A stretch of 64,000 nucleotides of DNA from assembly GCA_977016875.1 (NCBI GenBank), contig CDRNST010000195.1, positions 3,038,001 to 3,102,000 of the forward strand, read 5' to 3'. The translations under genes and the position numbers were made by a program. Origin of the DNA: Pavona decussata (Eukaryota). Shown piece after piece: positions 1 to 12,750 of the stretch (positions are counted from its first letter, which is position 1; each line of letters begins with the position of its first letter). A model generated the notes under the pieces. That model did not search any database. It saw only the letters and a list, made by a program, of their open reading frames with translations, and was not told where the DNA came from.

Positions 1-1200
1 CGTCCCTGTTCATAGTAGGAGTGTTCGATCTAATACATATGCTTTCTTTAATCCATCGCTTAAACTTGTCGCCGTCCTGCTCAACTATTTCACTTGCTTC
101 CCAATTCATAATATGATTGTTCTGACAGACGTGGTCTGTTATGGCTGATTTATGGTGTTCATTGGTAGAAGCTCTGCAGGTGGTTCTTGTGAAATTTCTG
201 TTAGAGATCTTTTCTGCTTCCTTTCTATGTTCTGTGATCCTGGTTCCCAGCTGTCTCCCTGTTTCACCGATATATACCTTTTGGCATTGGCTGCATGGAA
301 TTTTGTACACCACTCCAGCCTTTTTGTGCTTCTCCACTTTGTCCTTCGGGTGAACTAAAACCTGTCTGAGGGTGGTTTGAGGTTTAATCACTGTGGCTAC
401 CCTGTGTTTGGTGAATATGCGTTGTATTTTCTCTGTGAATGAACGGACATATGGGACAGTCACCACTGCTCTTGATTTTTCTTGAGCTTTATCTTTCTTG
501 GATTTATCTTTTCTAATAGCTTTCTTGCTGTTCATTTGCTCTTTGACCTTCTTTATCGCCCAATCCGGGTAACCACATGTATGGAGGGCTGTTCTTATGT
601 GTTCTTCCTCTTGTTTACGGTCTTCTTCCTCCGTAACAATGCTGTCACTTCTTTCCAATAACGTCCGTATGACAGCAAGTTTTTGCTGAAGTGGATGATG
701 CGATTGAAACGACAGGTACTGGTCTGTGTGTGTGGCTTTCCTGTAAACCAGTAGTTTCATGGATCCGTCCTCCCTCCTGGTAATAAGGGTGTCCAGAAAT
801 GGGATCTGGGCATTTTTCTCTTGTTCGTGCGTGAATTTGATGCTGTTTGTTTTGTCAATTCTATTAAGATGATCTGTCAGAGCCTCCACCTTTCCCCTCT
901 TAATGATTTCTAGGATGTCATCCACATATCGTTTCCATAGCTTAGGTTTACAGTCTATGGGAGCAGTGGCGATGGCCTGTTGTTCAAGCCATTCCATAAA
1001 AAAGTTAGCCAGGATCGGGGATACTGGGCTGCCCATGGCTGTGCCGAACTTCTGTTTGAATAATTGTCCTCTGAAACTGAAGTATGTGGTGGTGGCAATA
1101 ACTTCTGTGAGATCCATTATATCCTCAACCTCTAGGTTTGTTCTTTTCTTTAGATCTTGATCTTGATCTTGATCTAAGCGTTGTCTTATGATGGTTTCTG
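1..1200 (-). mobile_element. Penelope-like retroelement, 5'-truncated RT + GIY-YIG ORF running off the window start
   Basis: Minus-strand translation gives FGTAMGSPVSP, WKRYVDD, VYRKATHTDQYL, GYPDW, GVVYKIPCSQCQKVYIGETGR (GIY-YIG) and SAITDHV...MNRD. Confidence 0.93.
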
Positions 1201-1221
1201 ACACTTTTCATGCTTTTCAAG

Positions 1222-1260
1222 TTTTGATAAAGATGGCTGACAGTCATCGAAACTGTCAGC
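1222..1260 (+). ncRNA. Degenerate minimal hammerhead-ribozyme-like motif in an inverted Penelope pLTR
   Basis: TTGATAA-A-[GATGGCTG a CAGTCATC stem]-GAAAC-TGTC follows the CUGANGA-stemII-GAAAC..GUC layout with a mutated core, and lies next to the Penelope 5' truncation. Confidence 0.55.
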
Positions 1261-1436
1261 ATTAATAAGACGTTAATATAAGACTGGCTATGTTGTAAGA
1301 ACTTTTAAATCGACTGTTCACTTATCTAGCCTGATGAATTTCTTCAAGAATAACAATTATTATTTTAACATGAAAAATATGGATTCAGCTTCTCTTAGTA
1401 ATAATTAACTAGGTTAAACATGGTTATAAGGCTTAA

Positions 1437-1977
1437 AGTGTATATGGCAGATTTTTTTTATTTGCTTGATCGAATCTTCTTGTTGTTCTCGTGTGAAAAT
1501 CTAAAAAAGAAAATTGCCATCGATTTTTCTTCCCCTCGTTTGAGGCAGTCAAAGATGTGAAATTTCACTTCCAGGTGTGTACAAAACCGCGCAAGGCGGG
1601 AGACTAGGGATAGTGGACCTCTGACGTCAATACAAGAACGCCACATTCGCGGGATTCTCTGTTTCACTTTTAAACATCTTTCGTGTTGCTGCAGCCGTAA
1701 ACAACGCACCGCAGCACCACCTATCTTCCTTTGCATTAAGAAAAACACTGAAACAGAGAATCCGTGAAAGTGGCGTTCTTGTATTGACATCACAGGTTCA
1801 CTATCCCTAGTCTCCCGCCTTGCGCGGTTTTGTACACACCTGGAAGTGAAATTTCGCGTCTTTGACCGCCTCAAACGAGGGGAAGAAAAATCGATAGCGC
1901 ATTTATTTTTTCGATTTTCATACGAGAACAACAAGAAGATTCAATCAAGCAAATAAAAAAAATCTGTCATATACACT
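1437..1977. mobile_element. Foldback MITE with ~235-bp TIRs, Kolobok-like
   Basis: AGTGTATATGGCAGATTTT...AAAATCTGTCATATACACT; flanks are TTAA (1433-1436) and TCAA (1978-1981). A TTAA target with purine-purine termini fits Kolobok. Confidence 0.85.
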
Positions 1978-2106
1978 TCAATGTAGATAATCAAAGACAG
2001 CCCCTAAACAGGTTATCTACAAGTAAGAAATTCTGTGAGCAGCTGTTGTGTAACTTCAAAATTCAGCTATACATTTCTCCCCGGGCAAAGTAACTTTATG
2101 TATCCT

Positions 2107-2316
2107 GGGGTCAATTTAATAAATCTTTTACACGTGTAATTTTTAAGTGTAGCCATTGTAAATTACACATGTGAAAGCTTTATTAAATTGACCCTCGTGG
2201 TCACTTAAATAAAACTTTGACAACTGTCATTTACAAGTGTAGCTATTGTTTTGAGACGCTAAAACGATGGCTACACTTGTAAATTACACCTGTAGAATGT
2301 TATATTAAATTAAACC
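2107..2316. mobile_element. Two adjacent short palindromic MITEs of one family
   Basis: GGGTCAATTTAATAAA...TTTATTAAATTGACCC (2107-2194) and a diverged copy (2199-2316) sharing AAGTGTAGC and TGTAAATTACAC. Confidence 0.65.
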
Positions 2317-2659
2317 GTGGATGTAGTTTACTACTCATAAGATCTAAAGATAGAATTAAATGTTTTTATAAACCCGTTCAGCAAATTAAAGAGAAAATTG
2401 GCAACTTTTTTTAAGATCATGTAATAACTTAAAATGAGATAAATTTTCTTTTCTTTGTAGTACGTGATTAATAAATAACCTGATAGTGACTGTGATCTTT
2501 TTCTTCTTTTGAACTATCATTCGGTCCTGAAACAATACAGTCATCTCTCTCTAAGACAGGCACCATCAGGACCTTTCCTGACTGTCCATCATAGTTAGGT
2601 GTCCGTGGAGAGCTGACTGCAATAGATGGACTGTATAATTATACAAAAACTAAGCATAC

Positions 2660-2877
2660 CCCAATCAACTCTCCAAGCTGATTTCCTGTCTCTAAATTGT
2701 TTCCCACTCTCACCCACCGCACAATTTTGTGAGAGATATGGGCAAAGTGAGTATCCAGCTGCGACTTCCCTTCTCCCGCTTCAAAATTAATGTACTCAAC
2801 AAGGGTCAGGTTGAGGACTTCGTTAAGTTCAGCCAGGTACAACATGAAACCAGTATTATGATAATGCGGACCATTAT
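2660..2877 (-). pseudogene. Isolated exon of a Sola3-like DDD transposase
   Basis: Acceptor tttttttag, then DNGPHYHN...NFEAGEGKSQLDTHFAHISHKIVRWVRVG, which resembles the SDN..YH / GxGK..D catalytic block. Confidence 0.55.
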
Positions 2878-3127
2878 CTAAAAAAAAAGGAATACAATTT
2901 CAATCCAGGGAAACATGAAGTATTTACTTATATGTAGCTGGTTTAAAACCATCTTTCAGTTTCTTTTGATGTGGTTCTTATTAGAGGCAAGTACACAATA
3001 ATAAAATTATTGAAGGAGGCACACTTAATATTTTTTTCATTCCAACGACAACAACAACCACCACAAACACTGACAAAATTCAGTCAGTCTTCACATCTAC
3101 ACTGTAGTTTGGGGCGAAAATATGCAT

Positions 3128-4912
3128 TTACTTTTTATATTCATTCATTACTTTTCCTGACTTCCTCTCCAGAATTGTTACGAGTTCAGAAACCTTTTTC
3201 TTTTTTAGTTGGCTTTCATTCATGCCCTCTTCAGCAGGTGGTTGCTCAGGCTGAGTAGTTGATATTCTCACCACCTTCCGTGCAGACTCTGCCTTTCCTC
3301 CTTCAAACCAAAATGAAGCTCGTTTCTTTTCATAGGAGCACTTGGTACGCTCCATGTCTCTGAGCACCTCTTGGCGCTCTTTGACCAGCAAGAGATTGGT
3401 GGCCGCATCCCACCGGTTTATCTTGTGGTGGAAATATCTTCGCAAGTCGTCATTCTTCTTCTCAACGCCTGCAAAACAAATAATGTTTAAGTACAGAAAA
3501 ATTAATATGCATACCACCTTGGAAATTCCAAAGGAGAGAGGTCTTTTTTAAAGCTCCTTAACTCTAAGCAAAAAAAAAAACAACTTGAAAACAAAAACTC
3601 TTCACAAATTTATTTTCAAGAAAACGTTGAAATGTATTTTTGAAGGTAGCAATAGTCTTATTTTCAATCATATAGCTATTCCTTTCGAATGTTTACCCTT
3701 TGCCATGGAAGTGAAATAATTCAGAATGAAAGAAAATGCACTACTGAAAAGCACTTAAGATATAACTATGTTTGAGGAACACTTCAGTTATGTTTCACCG
3801 CACATGTAAAATTGATACTATTTTGTGCTCTATGCTTGTCTTCTATGATCACTTGAGTAATTATACTAAAACCTTGTGCATACCTTGGCCACTAAGCAAA
3901 AGAGACTGTGGTGTAAGGCCATAGGTCTCGGCAAACCAGAGGGCACATTCTGCTTTCTCTCTGCAAAATAATGGTTTTGTTGTATAAGCACTTCTTATCT
4001 TCTTCTTTTAACGATTTGCCGCTTGTTAAATTTAACTTAAGCTTGAATGAGTTTGTGTTTTGTTCGCTCAATATAAAAACGAGTCAGTTGCCTTCGAGTG
4101 TTTTTTAAGTACTTAAACCCGGCATTTCAAACGTCCTTTGGAAAGAAGCAACATTGATTGCGTACCTTATGTCTTTGAGGTGGCGCTGTTGTTGTCGACG
4201 GCCGACTTGGTCGATTGTTTTCCCCTTATGCCCACTTTGGTTCTGGGATTCTTTCAGCTGAACCATAGCGTTGTACAACTCTGATGCTTTCTCTGTAAAA
4301 ATATCAAGTAATACGGTACGATCGTGTATAGTTAGTTTGCCTTTTCAAAACCAAGAGATAATTGTGTTTTGTGAAATAAGTTGGCCTAGCTTTTGATAAA
4401 TACATCGAAAGTAGCTGCATCTGACGTTTATTTTTCTTACCTTCAAGTTCTTTTGTTAGTTTTTGGTTTTCACGAACCAGTTCTTGTTCCGTTTCTCTTA
4501 GGTTAGTGATGATCTCCTCGGGCCCTTGGGCGATATCATCTGAGTTGAGGGCAATCGTACACCAGTAGTTTGATCGCAGAGCGTGGCGGCTTGTGTTGTT
4601 GGTGGCATTTCGAACCTTTTTAGTAAGGTAATTCACCTTGCCATAGACGAGGATCCCGACACGAGATTTGCAAAGGGAAGACAATCTGTATCCAAGTTGC
4701 AGCAAGCTATCCTTGGGCACCTGGAACATCTGCTCAGGTTTCTTGATGGCACGACATTGCCAAAGAGCTTCTCCGTTAATTTGTAAATAAAACATCGGGT
4801 CACAGTGTTTTAGCGGTGTGGATATGTGTAAAAAAGCAGGGTTGATCGGGGATTCAGTGAGCTCTAAAAAGAGCTCCCGATCAACCTTCTGCATTTCTTG
4901 TACGGACGACAT
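3128..4912 (-). CDS. Four-exon ORF (338 aa), apparently an internally deleted RAG1/Transib-like transposase
   Basis: Exons 4912-4441, 4292-4166, 3960-3884 and 3468-3128 have GT-AG introns with consistent phases. Motifs: GKTIDQVGRRQQQRHL, KAECALWFAETYGL, SGQGVEKKNDD. Confidence 0.6.
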
Positions 4913-7900
4913 CTTGACTTATGGTTTCTGATAGCGAACTGACTACCTCCTCGGCCGCATTCGAAATGTGAATAAAAGCACTATTGAAACAGTTTGCATG
5001 TAGGTTGTCAATGGTTACACAATACCGCCTTTTCGGTACACTTGTGAGTAAAAAATCTTTTTTTTTTAAACAGCCCGCAATTATCATATAAGGTTATTTT
5101 AAATAATAAACGCAAAGCGCTGATTCTTTTTTTATCTTTAACGTTAAGAGTGTAGAAACTGCCGGGGCCTAGGAATCGAAACTGTTGCTTCTTTAATCAT
5201 TTTTATATTAGCCTTTAAACTGCTGTTTTCTTGTTCAGTCTCAACGCTTAATAGTCCCAAAGGGGTCCTATTGTTTGCGGAGGCGAAGCTTTGACTACAT
5301 TTAAATTCTAGCGGGATATTCAAAATAGGTTCGTTCTATTCCCCTGGGAGTTTCTAAGGAGAGGGAAAGCAAGAACTTTGTGGAAAAAAATCTAAAGTTG
5401 GAGTTTGCGACCACTTTGAACTATCAGTTTCATTTGAAACTTGGCGTAAAGCCGTCTCAAGCAATATACGGTCAAAGCCATATGCAAACTTTCTGATCAA
5501 GTACGCGAGCGAAGAAAAATTTAGCTTCGAAGTTTACGCTCGTACCAAAAATTCCTTGAAATAGACCAGATTCAAATAAAATTTGCGACTAGTTCTAATT
5601 GTGGTAAAATCTCAGAAAAGGTCTCGTATCTTCTATTGATGTGTCATCTTGAAAAGCCATATGCAAACTTTTACGAAACTTGGCTAATAAGCTTGTAATC
5701 ACGCAAAACACACATACTGTTTGCAGACGTCGGCCATTTTTTCTTATTGTCTGGACAGCTGGGATCATTATTCAGTTTGAATTTACGCGCGGACGCCACA
5801 TAAAAGCCCCGGATGTGTTGCGGAATTGTGGGCGATGGGAGCATTGACAAAAAAGTTGCATGATGTTTTCAATAACGATTGATAAGTTAACATCAGTAAA
5901 TGTTTGCAAACTGTTAATCCAAGGCTACATGTACACTGCATGTGTTAATAGTGTTTCAAACCAAATCGCTCACTCTCCAGTCTTCAATTTTAGCATCTAC
6001 CTCTAAGCTAACTGTAACAATCCAAAGAACAACTTACCTATTTCAGCTGCTATTAGCATGTCTGGCATCTCTTGTACTTCTCCAACTTTGCAATAAAAGA
6101 GTTGTTGTTTATATTAAACAATTATTTATATTGAAATTATTCATATTTTATAAAGTGCTTAAGTGCTACAAAGCACTTATTGCAAGTGTAAGTTTCCATA
6201 CTAAACTTAGTATTAAGGTGTCTGTAATAACCATGTAAACTCTACTGGGAATTCCAGCAATTATAAATCCTCAGGAGATGACTTTATACATGTAAATCTT
6301 TAGGTAACTCAACCAGTTACGCACTACACCCGTCAATAACATTTAATGTTTTGAGTGTGCATGTCACAAATGAAACTCTACCAAATGGTACAGTCGAAGG
6401 TCATAAGCTTGATCAGCAATATACATGTACTCCAAAGCAATTAAAGTACTAGAAGTTCTTCAAATGTGAGTCTCGGTTAATGGTTCCACAACTCACCCTC
6501 TCTAGCATCTTTATCCCATGTTGACCTATCATCATCACGCCATGCGATTCTGACCATGGGCACATTTTCAATTTTATCTACAAAATTGCAAACAGTGAAA
6601 GGCAACATGATTTTCTCTATCTCACCTGCCACTTTATCAGACATGGACATCAATAATCTTTGTTCTGGTCTGTATACATGACAGTTTGCTCAAGTGGTTT
6701 GCAGACTTTATGCATAAGTGACTTAAATCCCATCTAAGCTCACTCCTTAGATATGTTTCTTTACTATTGTTAATTGCTTTCTTCTACATCACTTAAAACT
6801 ATACAGTGGTGCATTTGGACTGAATTCAATTATTGTTCCATGCTTTTTTTTTTCTGTCTAAAATGGGTTCAAAATTAATTAATACACTGGTAGCAACTAA
6901 CAAAAATTTGACAAACTACCATTCATAATTGTGATTGTTTTGTTTTCACTACTCTTGCCAAGAAAACAGACCACTTACCATATGATCTTCGATAAAGCTT
7001 TTCCACGTCTGAAATGGAAGGACCTTCAAGTAAAATAAAAAAAACAAAGTCTGTGATTGCATGGTAGAGTGTCCATACTGACTTTTGTCTTAACATGTAC
7101 TTGTCTCCAACAAGTACTACCTATTACTTGCCAATAATAAAAATACTGTCTGTTGAGTGTTGATTTACCTTACAGGTGTAGTTTATGTTGTGAAGCCCAG
7201 ACACAAAGTTCAAAGTTGACTAGTACTGTATTAAACAATATCAGAGTCATTGGGATTGGCTTGCAAAGAACTCACTATAAACTTTTTAAAGGTATCACCC
7301 ACATTTTCAAATAACATCCCCCACAGTTCCAGAGATTTTCTCTGGATTAGTTATTTTCAAGATTGGGTTGATCACACTGGTCTGTTATTCAGTTGTGGAA
7401 CCAACAACTGTAAACATTCAAAATTATTTGGTGTGCAGAAGTGTATAGGTTTACAATCTTGCCTTAAGGCTTGTGCAATTCTGCAGAACCTTCCAAAACT
7501 TCACTTGCCTCAGGGTGGTTACACGATAAAGGTTAACTTTTAAAAGTAGGTTGGTTTTGTGCATTGATGATTTGGAATACATTTTCAAACTTTTTATACA
7601 CTGCACCTGATAATTGCTGCCTTGGAATTGGCGTTGATTGATGTACATGTACGTCGTCTTCACTATCACTAACGTCAACTGAAAAGACAGTAAAACAGCT
7701 AAATACTGTTGCTGTATATGTATTTACAATGTACTGGCCTTATTGTCCATGACTGTATAGTTACAAAACGTTCTTAAAGCATTTGATTTCCATTGAAGAG
7801 TGACAGCTAGAATAAACATGTATGTTGAAACTGTAGGACAATGATGAAAGTTGTTGATTAAGTGGTCCATCAAAATTAGTTTCCACTTTGCCTATACAAA

Positions 7901-9129
7901 AAAACAAAATGACATGCCTATGCAGTAGAGTTATAATCTCAATGGCATTATTTAGACAATGTACTACTTTTCAAAGGCAACATACAGTAGAAAGTTAACT
8001 TGTGTCTTATCACATGCATTCCAGTCGGAGTAGTACATTCACATATACTTTGAATCTTGTACTTTTAATACAGTCACTCAGAGATTTAGTGTATATTTGC
8101 AAACGGATAATCTTACAAAATTACAACATTAAATGAGCAGTGTGCATTAACATACAGGTATTTACCAATGAAAAATTATTTCATTACCTGTATCTTGCCT
8201 TGGAATTCTGTTATAACCTGATATATAACCGTCAAAAATTGTTTTATTTTAGTTATTTTTATATCAGCGATAGAAATTAGCACCTGCCCACTCACCTTGG
8301 CGAGTGTCAAATCATTGTAGTTGTGAATGTTTTGGTAACAAGGTCAATCACCCATATAGCTAGTACTGTCAAAATTCATAATTTCCAACCCTGTATATCA
8401 TGAATGTAGTTGTGATTCTACAAGGAATAATCTTAGAAATAAGCTGACAAAGTCCAAATGTAAGGACAAAAAAGTTGTTCAAATACTCTCAGGCAATTCA
8501 TCGAAAATGTTTTAATTTTTTATTTTTTATTTCAAGACTTACCTACAATAAAATAGGATTGAGAAATGGGTCATTTTGCAACTCTAGCATCCCATTTACT
8601 TCCTGTCTAGATGTATTCTAGAAGAAACTTACCGAATTTGCCAAAGTATGGGTCATTGGAAGATACAACTTATGAAATGGTCAATTGAACCGGGAGTAAT
8701 TACAATGTAAGTGGAAGGCTTATGCCAGATCCCAGGATGAAAAGAATGCAAAAATGTCCCACTATTCCTGCACTATTGCCGTAAGTGAGAAAGGGGGGAG
8801 GGGGTGGGCACAGCCGGAATTGACTGATGCATAATGCAAAGCCTTACTGAGTCATAGATTTATCTTGAAAATTTTTCAAATAAAGGAGGTTGTAAGTTGT
8901 TAATGTTGTTGCTAATAACCATCACCGCATCGATGAAATTTGGAAATGTTCCAATTACATTATTTTATGCTTCAATAAAATTAAAAACGTGCTGAGATTA
9001 TGGTGCAATTTCCAATTTTCATGTTGAAGCATTCCGTAGACCCCCAAAAGGACAGCACCCTCAATGTTTTTTTGTAAATAAGTTACACGCAATAACTTAT
9101 TAACGCTATTAGTTTAAATTTATAATAAC

Positions 9130-12100
9130 TAACTTTGGCGTGATGGTCCAGCTTGTTGATGATCTTCTGCAATCTCCACTTGATCGTCGTTGACGACATC
9201 TAGGGGTACGGTAGCATGAAAGAAAGTCAGAAACGCTATCAATGATTCATTGTAGTTCACGCTTTAAACTGATAAAACGATATAAACATTAGCGTACCCT
9301 CAATAATTTGCCTATTTTCGTCTTGATCTTCTCGACTGTCCATTTCTTTCTCTTCTTGTGCTGGCTCTTCCGTTTGTTCTGAAGAGAGAATAAGAAGTTG
9401 ATGTTACAATCATCACCCTTTTAAACAAATACATGTAAATAAGATCTTAATTCAATGTTGGAAAGATGAATGCAACGAGCACAACAAATTAAAATGTTTT
9501 CTATTTCCCCAAGTAAGCATTTCCCAATGCAATAAGCAGTTCCAATAAGCAGTTCCGACAAGCAGTTCCTATGTCACCAGGTTGCAAAGCCAAATAACTC
9601 TCTACACATAACTTGAAAGCTCAACATTCTACACCTTAAATGAACATTACTAGTCTCTGAGCATAATCTTGTGCAGTGACATAAAATTAAAAACAAGCTT
9701 CACAATTGAATGCAAAATGTAAAATCAGTACAAGTTAGATTTAATCAAAATATACTGGCTTGGGGGAAGTTATTAAAACTGAATTGTACCATAAATGCTT
9801 GAATGCAAAGCTAATGAGTGATTTACCCTTACCTGTTTAATTGGTAAATGTATTCTGTGATACACTTTATAAGGAGATCTGCAATTAGAGGTTCACCAGA
9901 TTCTGGTGCATCTAGTTCCAAGTTTGTACAATCCACTTGGTATTCCTTTACACTTGAATAAACCTTCTTTTTAAAGAAGGTGGTTGCCAGTTCTGGAGTA
10001 AGTCTGTATTTCTGCCATTTCGATGACCTTAAAAACATTATTAATCAAATTTTAATTCTCTGTAATTAATAATAAAGGTTAATAAATTTGTCAGGCTAAA
10101 GGCCCAAGCTGAGCTAAGCCGCACAAATTCGAGTGAAAAGTATACGTATTTATATGTATATTGGTGAAACTCGACCAAATTGTGATGTAAATGAACCACA
10201 GGAGGATGCACAAGGGACATGGCAGATTTGCCGAGGGAGATTAAAGAACAAAACTCGAGCAGTGAAGAAGATTAGAAGGAGACATCAGGAAACCACAGAG
10301 CAAAGACAAAAGAGGACATCACTTCGAATCAACTGTTTATCCAGCCCTTGCTTCATGAGGCTTTAAGAGGGACATATTTCTAGTTAACCATCATATAATT
10401 TGCTAAGTGACAACAAGGGCTGATAACTGTGTCCTTTAATTTTATTAGCCAATCAAAATAGTTTTCAATTGATTTAAACTATTAATATTTATTGCAATAA
10501 TTGTTAATGGTTTGCATTACCCCAAGAGTACCGAGTGTTATTGAACATGACAACAGCTGAGAAGTGTCATATCATGACAGTTAATGAATTCCAATTAAAG
10601 TATATTACTTGGACTGTCTTCTTCGTGGGTGGTTTTGTTGTCCCCACCCTCATACACTGCAACTTTAGAACCAAGCTCTAAACAACAGAATTACTGAAAC
10701 TTACCTTTTCAGCAATGCTGATCAAAAGTCCATAATTTTTTGGGCACCTGTCGTCTAATTCAGGAAGGGATTGGACTAGGATTGAAGCAATTCCTTGAGT
10801 CCTTGTCTTTATAATGTGCTCCAGTTGCTGGCTGAGACCAACAATCATCCTTATAGCACCTGATGCCCCACTAAAAACCTCCTCGCTATCAATTTCAGCC
10901 TTTTGTTGGGCATCAAGCCCATACGGACTTCTTCTTCCCTCCAAAAAGGGAATTAATACCAAGCGTCCAGACACCCCGGAAAAAAAGAAGAAAAAATGCT
11001 TAATTTAATTCTTAATGTAGCATTCCCTATTTAAAATAATTCCATAAATTTTGATGCTCAATTGCATTTCATAAAGGTCAAGTGGGAGCATGACTGAAAG
11101 AACTTGTCATATGTGATGATCTGAATCTAGAAGAGGCATTTGTGTCAGTGTTTGTGACATGCTGTAAGGACATGAATCTTGTGTTTCAAAAATGCCCTAT
11201 AAATAGTTATCTAGTGACAGCCCATTAACAGACAAGACTTAACTGGGCCCCTGACATTGGGTATTTTGATTATTACTTTTTTGCTCAAAAGTTGAAATTT
11301 TCTGTTGGCCAAAATTAAAATGGGGTCCAGTTGATATCTTGCTAGTAGTGCCTAAAGTATTTTTTGGAGTTATAGAGTGCAAGGTCTAAATTAATTCGTT
11401 GCAACAAACATGTACCTTGGGTCTTTATTGAGGGCATAGAGGGCCTTCTAATTAACAGTCAGGATTGGACAAGTTCTGGGAGTGCTTTCGAGAAAGCATG
11501 TCCAATCCTTCCCCCTATTGTAAAATGCTTCTGCGATATCCTCAATCTGCTTTGCTTTCTTGACGTCGTCAAGGACAGAAGGCAGAGTTGTCCAGGCACA
11601 AAAACGAGGAATGAACCTGTTCTTCGCCGAAGAGTAAAATGAGCCAGAATTTCCATTTAGCCTTAAGACAGCCCTCGCTGATTTTGTCTTCCCCAGCCGA
11701 TTTATACCACATACCACTGGTATTGGACAGTAGCCTAAGATGTCATTGCCTCATAATGAAAGCCAATAATCATTCCAGCTGTAATTTAATACAAAAACTA
11801 TCTATTACGTTATATTTTTACCATGAAATCATTCATGTTTGTTTAAAAAGTCCGTGGGTCTTTTATATCCCAGCAAAGTGGGGAATCATTAAATTTTTGA
11901 AGGATTGGAATACTAAAAGGTATCAGAAACTCATTTTGTGGGCGTGGGTGAAATTCACTTTTACCCCCAAAATAGGTGCAAAATTTTGATTTCGTTCCTT
12001 CCATATGATTTCCCCGTTCAATACCCTTCAAGGTACTGGAATAACTCTAACAGTGGTTATTTTACAGGTCAACATCCTAAGTGGTACAAAGTGACAAGGA

Positions 12101-12750
12101 AAGGCATATGACAATCACCCCCACCCCCACAAAAAAAAAAACAATCATTCTTATTTGCCTGGTATTTTAATCCTTCCTGGTTTTTTTTATATGTATGCTC
12201 CAAAACAATATTTTTGTTTTCCAGAAAAGCTGCATTTCGACTGTATATGTGCTATCAGACATTTAAAGTCAACGTTTTGGAACTGGGGGACACACTCTAA
12301 AACATTTGGTGGACATATAACTAACTGCTGGAGCGAAGTTAATTTCTATTAGAAAATTTGCATGATGAATTTGGCAACAATTTGTATGCATGATAAATGA
12401 AAAAAATACTCATATTTCAATGATAAAATGTCATACCAATTGTAAATATTGCTGCCATCAGGTTGTCATGAACTGTGTTTACCTGTGCATTGATGACCTG
12501 GTGTAGGGCATGGCCATATAAGGGAAGTCTGATGCTAGGTGGACACCCAGGCTGGTTCCTCCTTCTTCCTCCTTCAATTTTAGAGACCTCCTTCATCCAC
12601 AAGATGGATAAGGATTCTGGATTGGTCACTGATCCATCTCCAGTTAGCTGCAGGTCAGGGCCAAAAACCCAAACTTTACTATTTGGCTGTTGACCGATGC
12701 AGACAGCAGCCTTATAGGTGTCCTTAACATTGGCTAGTCTGCACTTTCTT
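9130..12750 (-). pseudogene. Spliced P-loop ATPase/helicase pseudogene (DUF927/Cch-like), paralog 1
   Basis: Exons ~12748-12437 (IGQQPNSKVWVFGPDLQ), 11778-11416 (CPIPVVCGINRLGKTKS Walker A; TTLPSVLDD Walker B; PRTCPILTVN), ~10975-10705 (RVSGRLVLIPF) and ~10030-9833. Lesions: a frameshift, a stop and a mutated acceptor. Confidence 0.65.

Noticed and set aside
1458-1934. 158-aa ORF
   Set aside because: It lies inside a palindromic MITE and has no domain signal.
10133-10366. YIGET motif suggesting a GIY-YIG nuclease
   Set aside because: Only a five-residue match, with no supporting motifs on either side.
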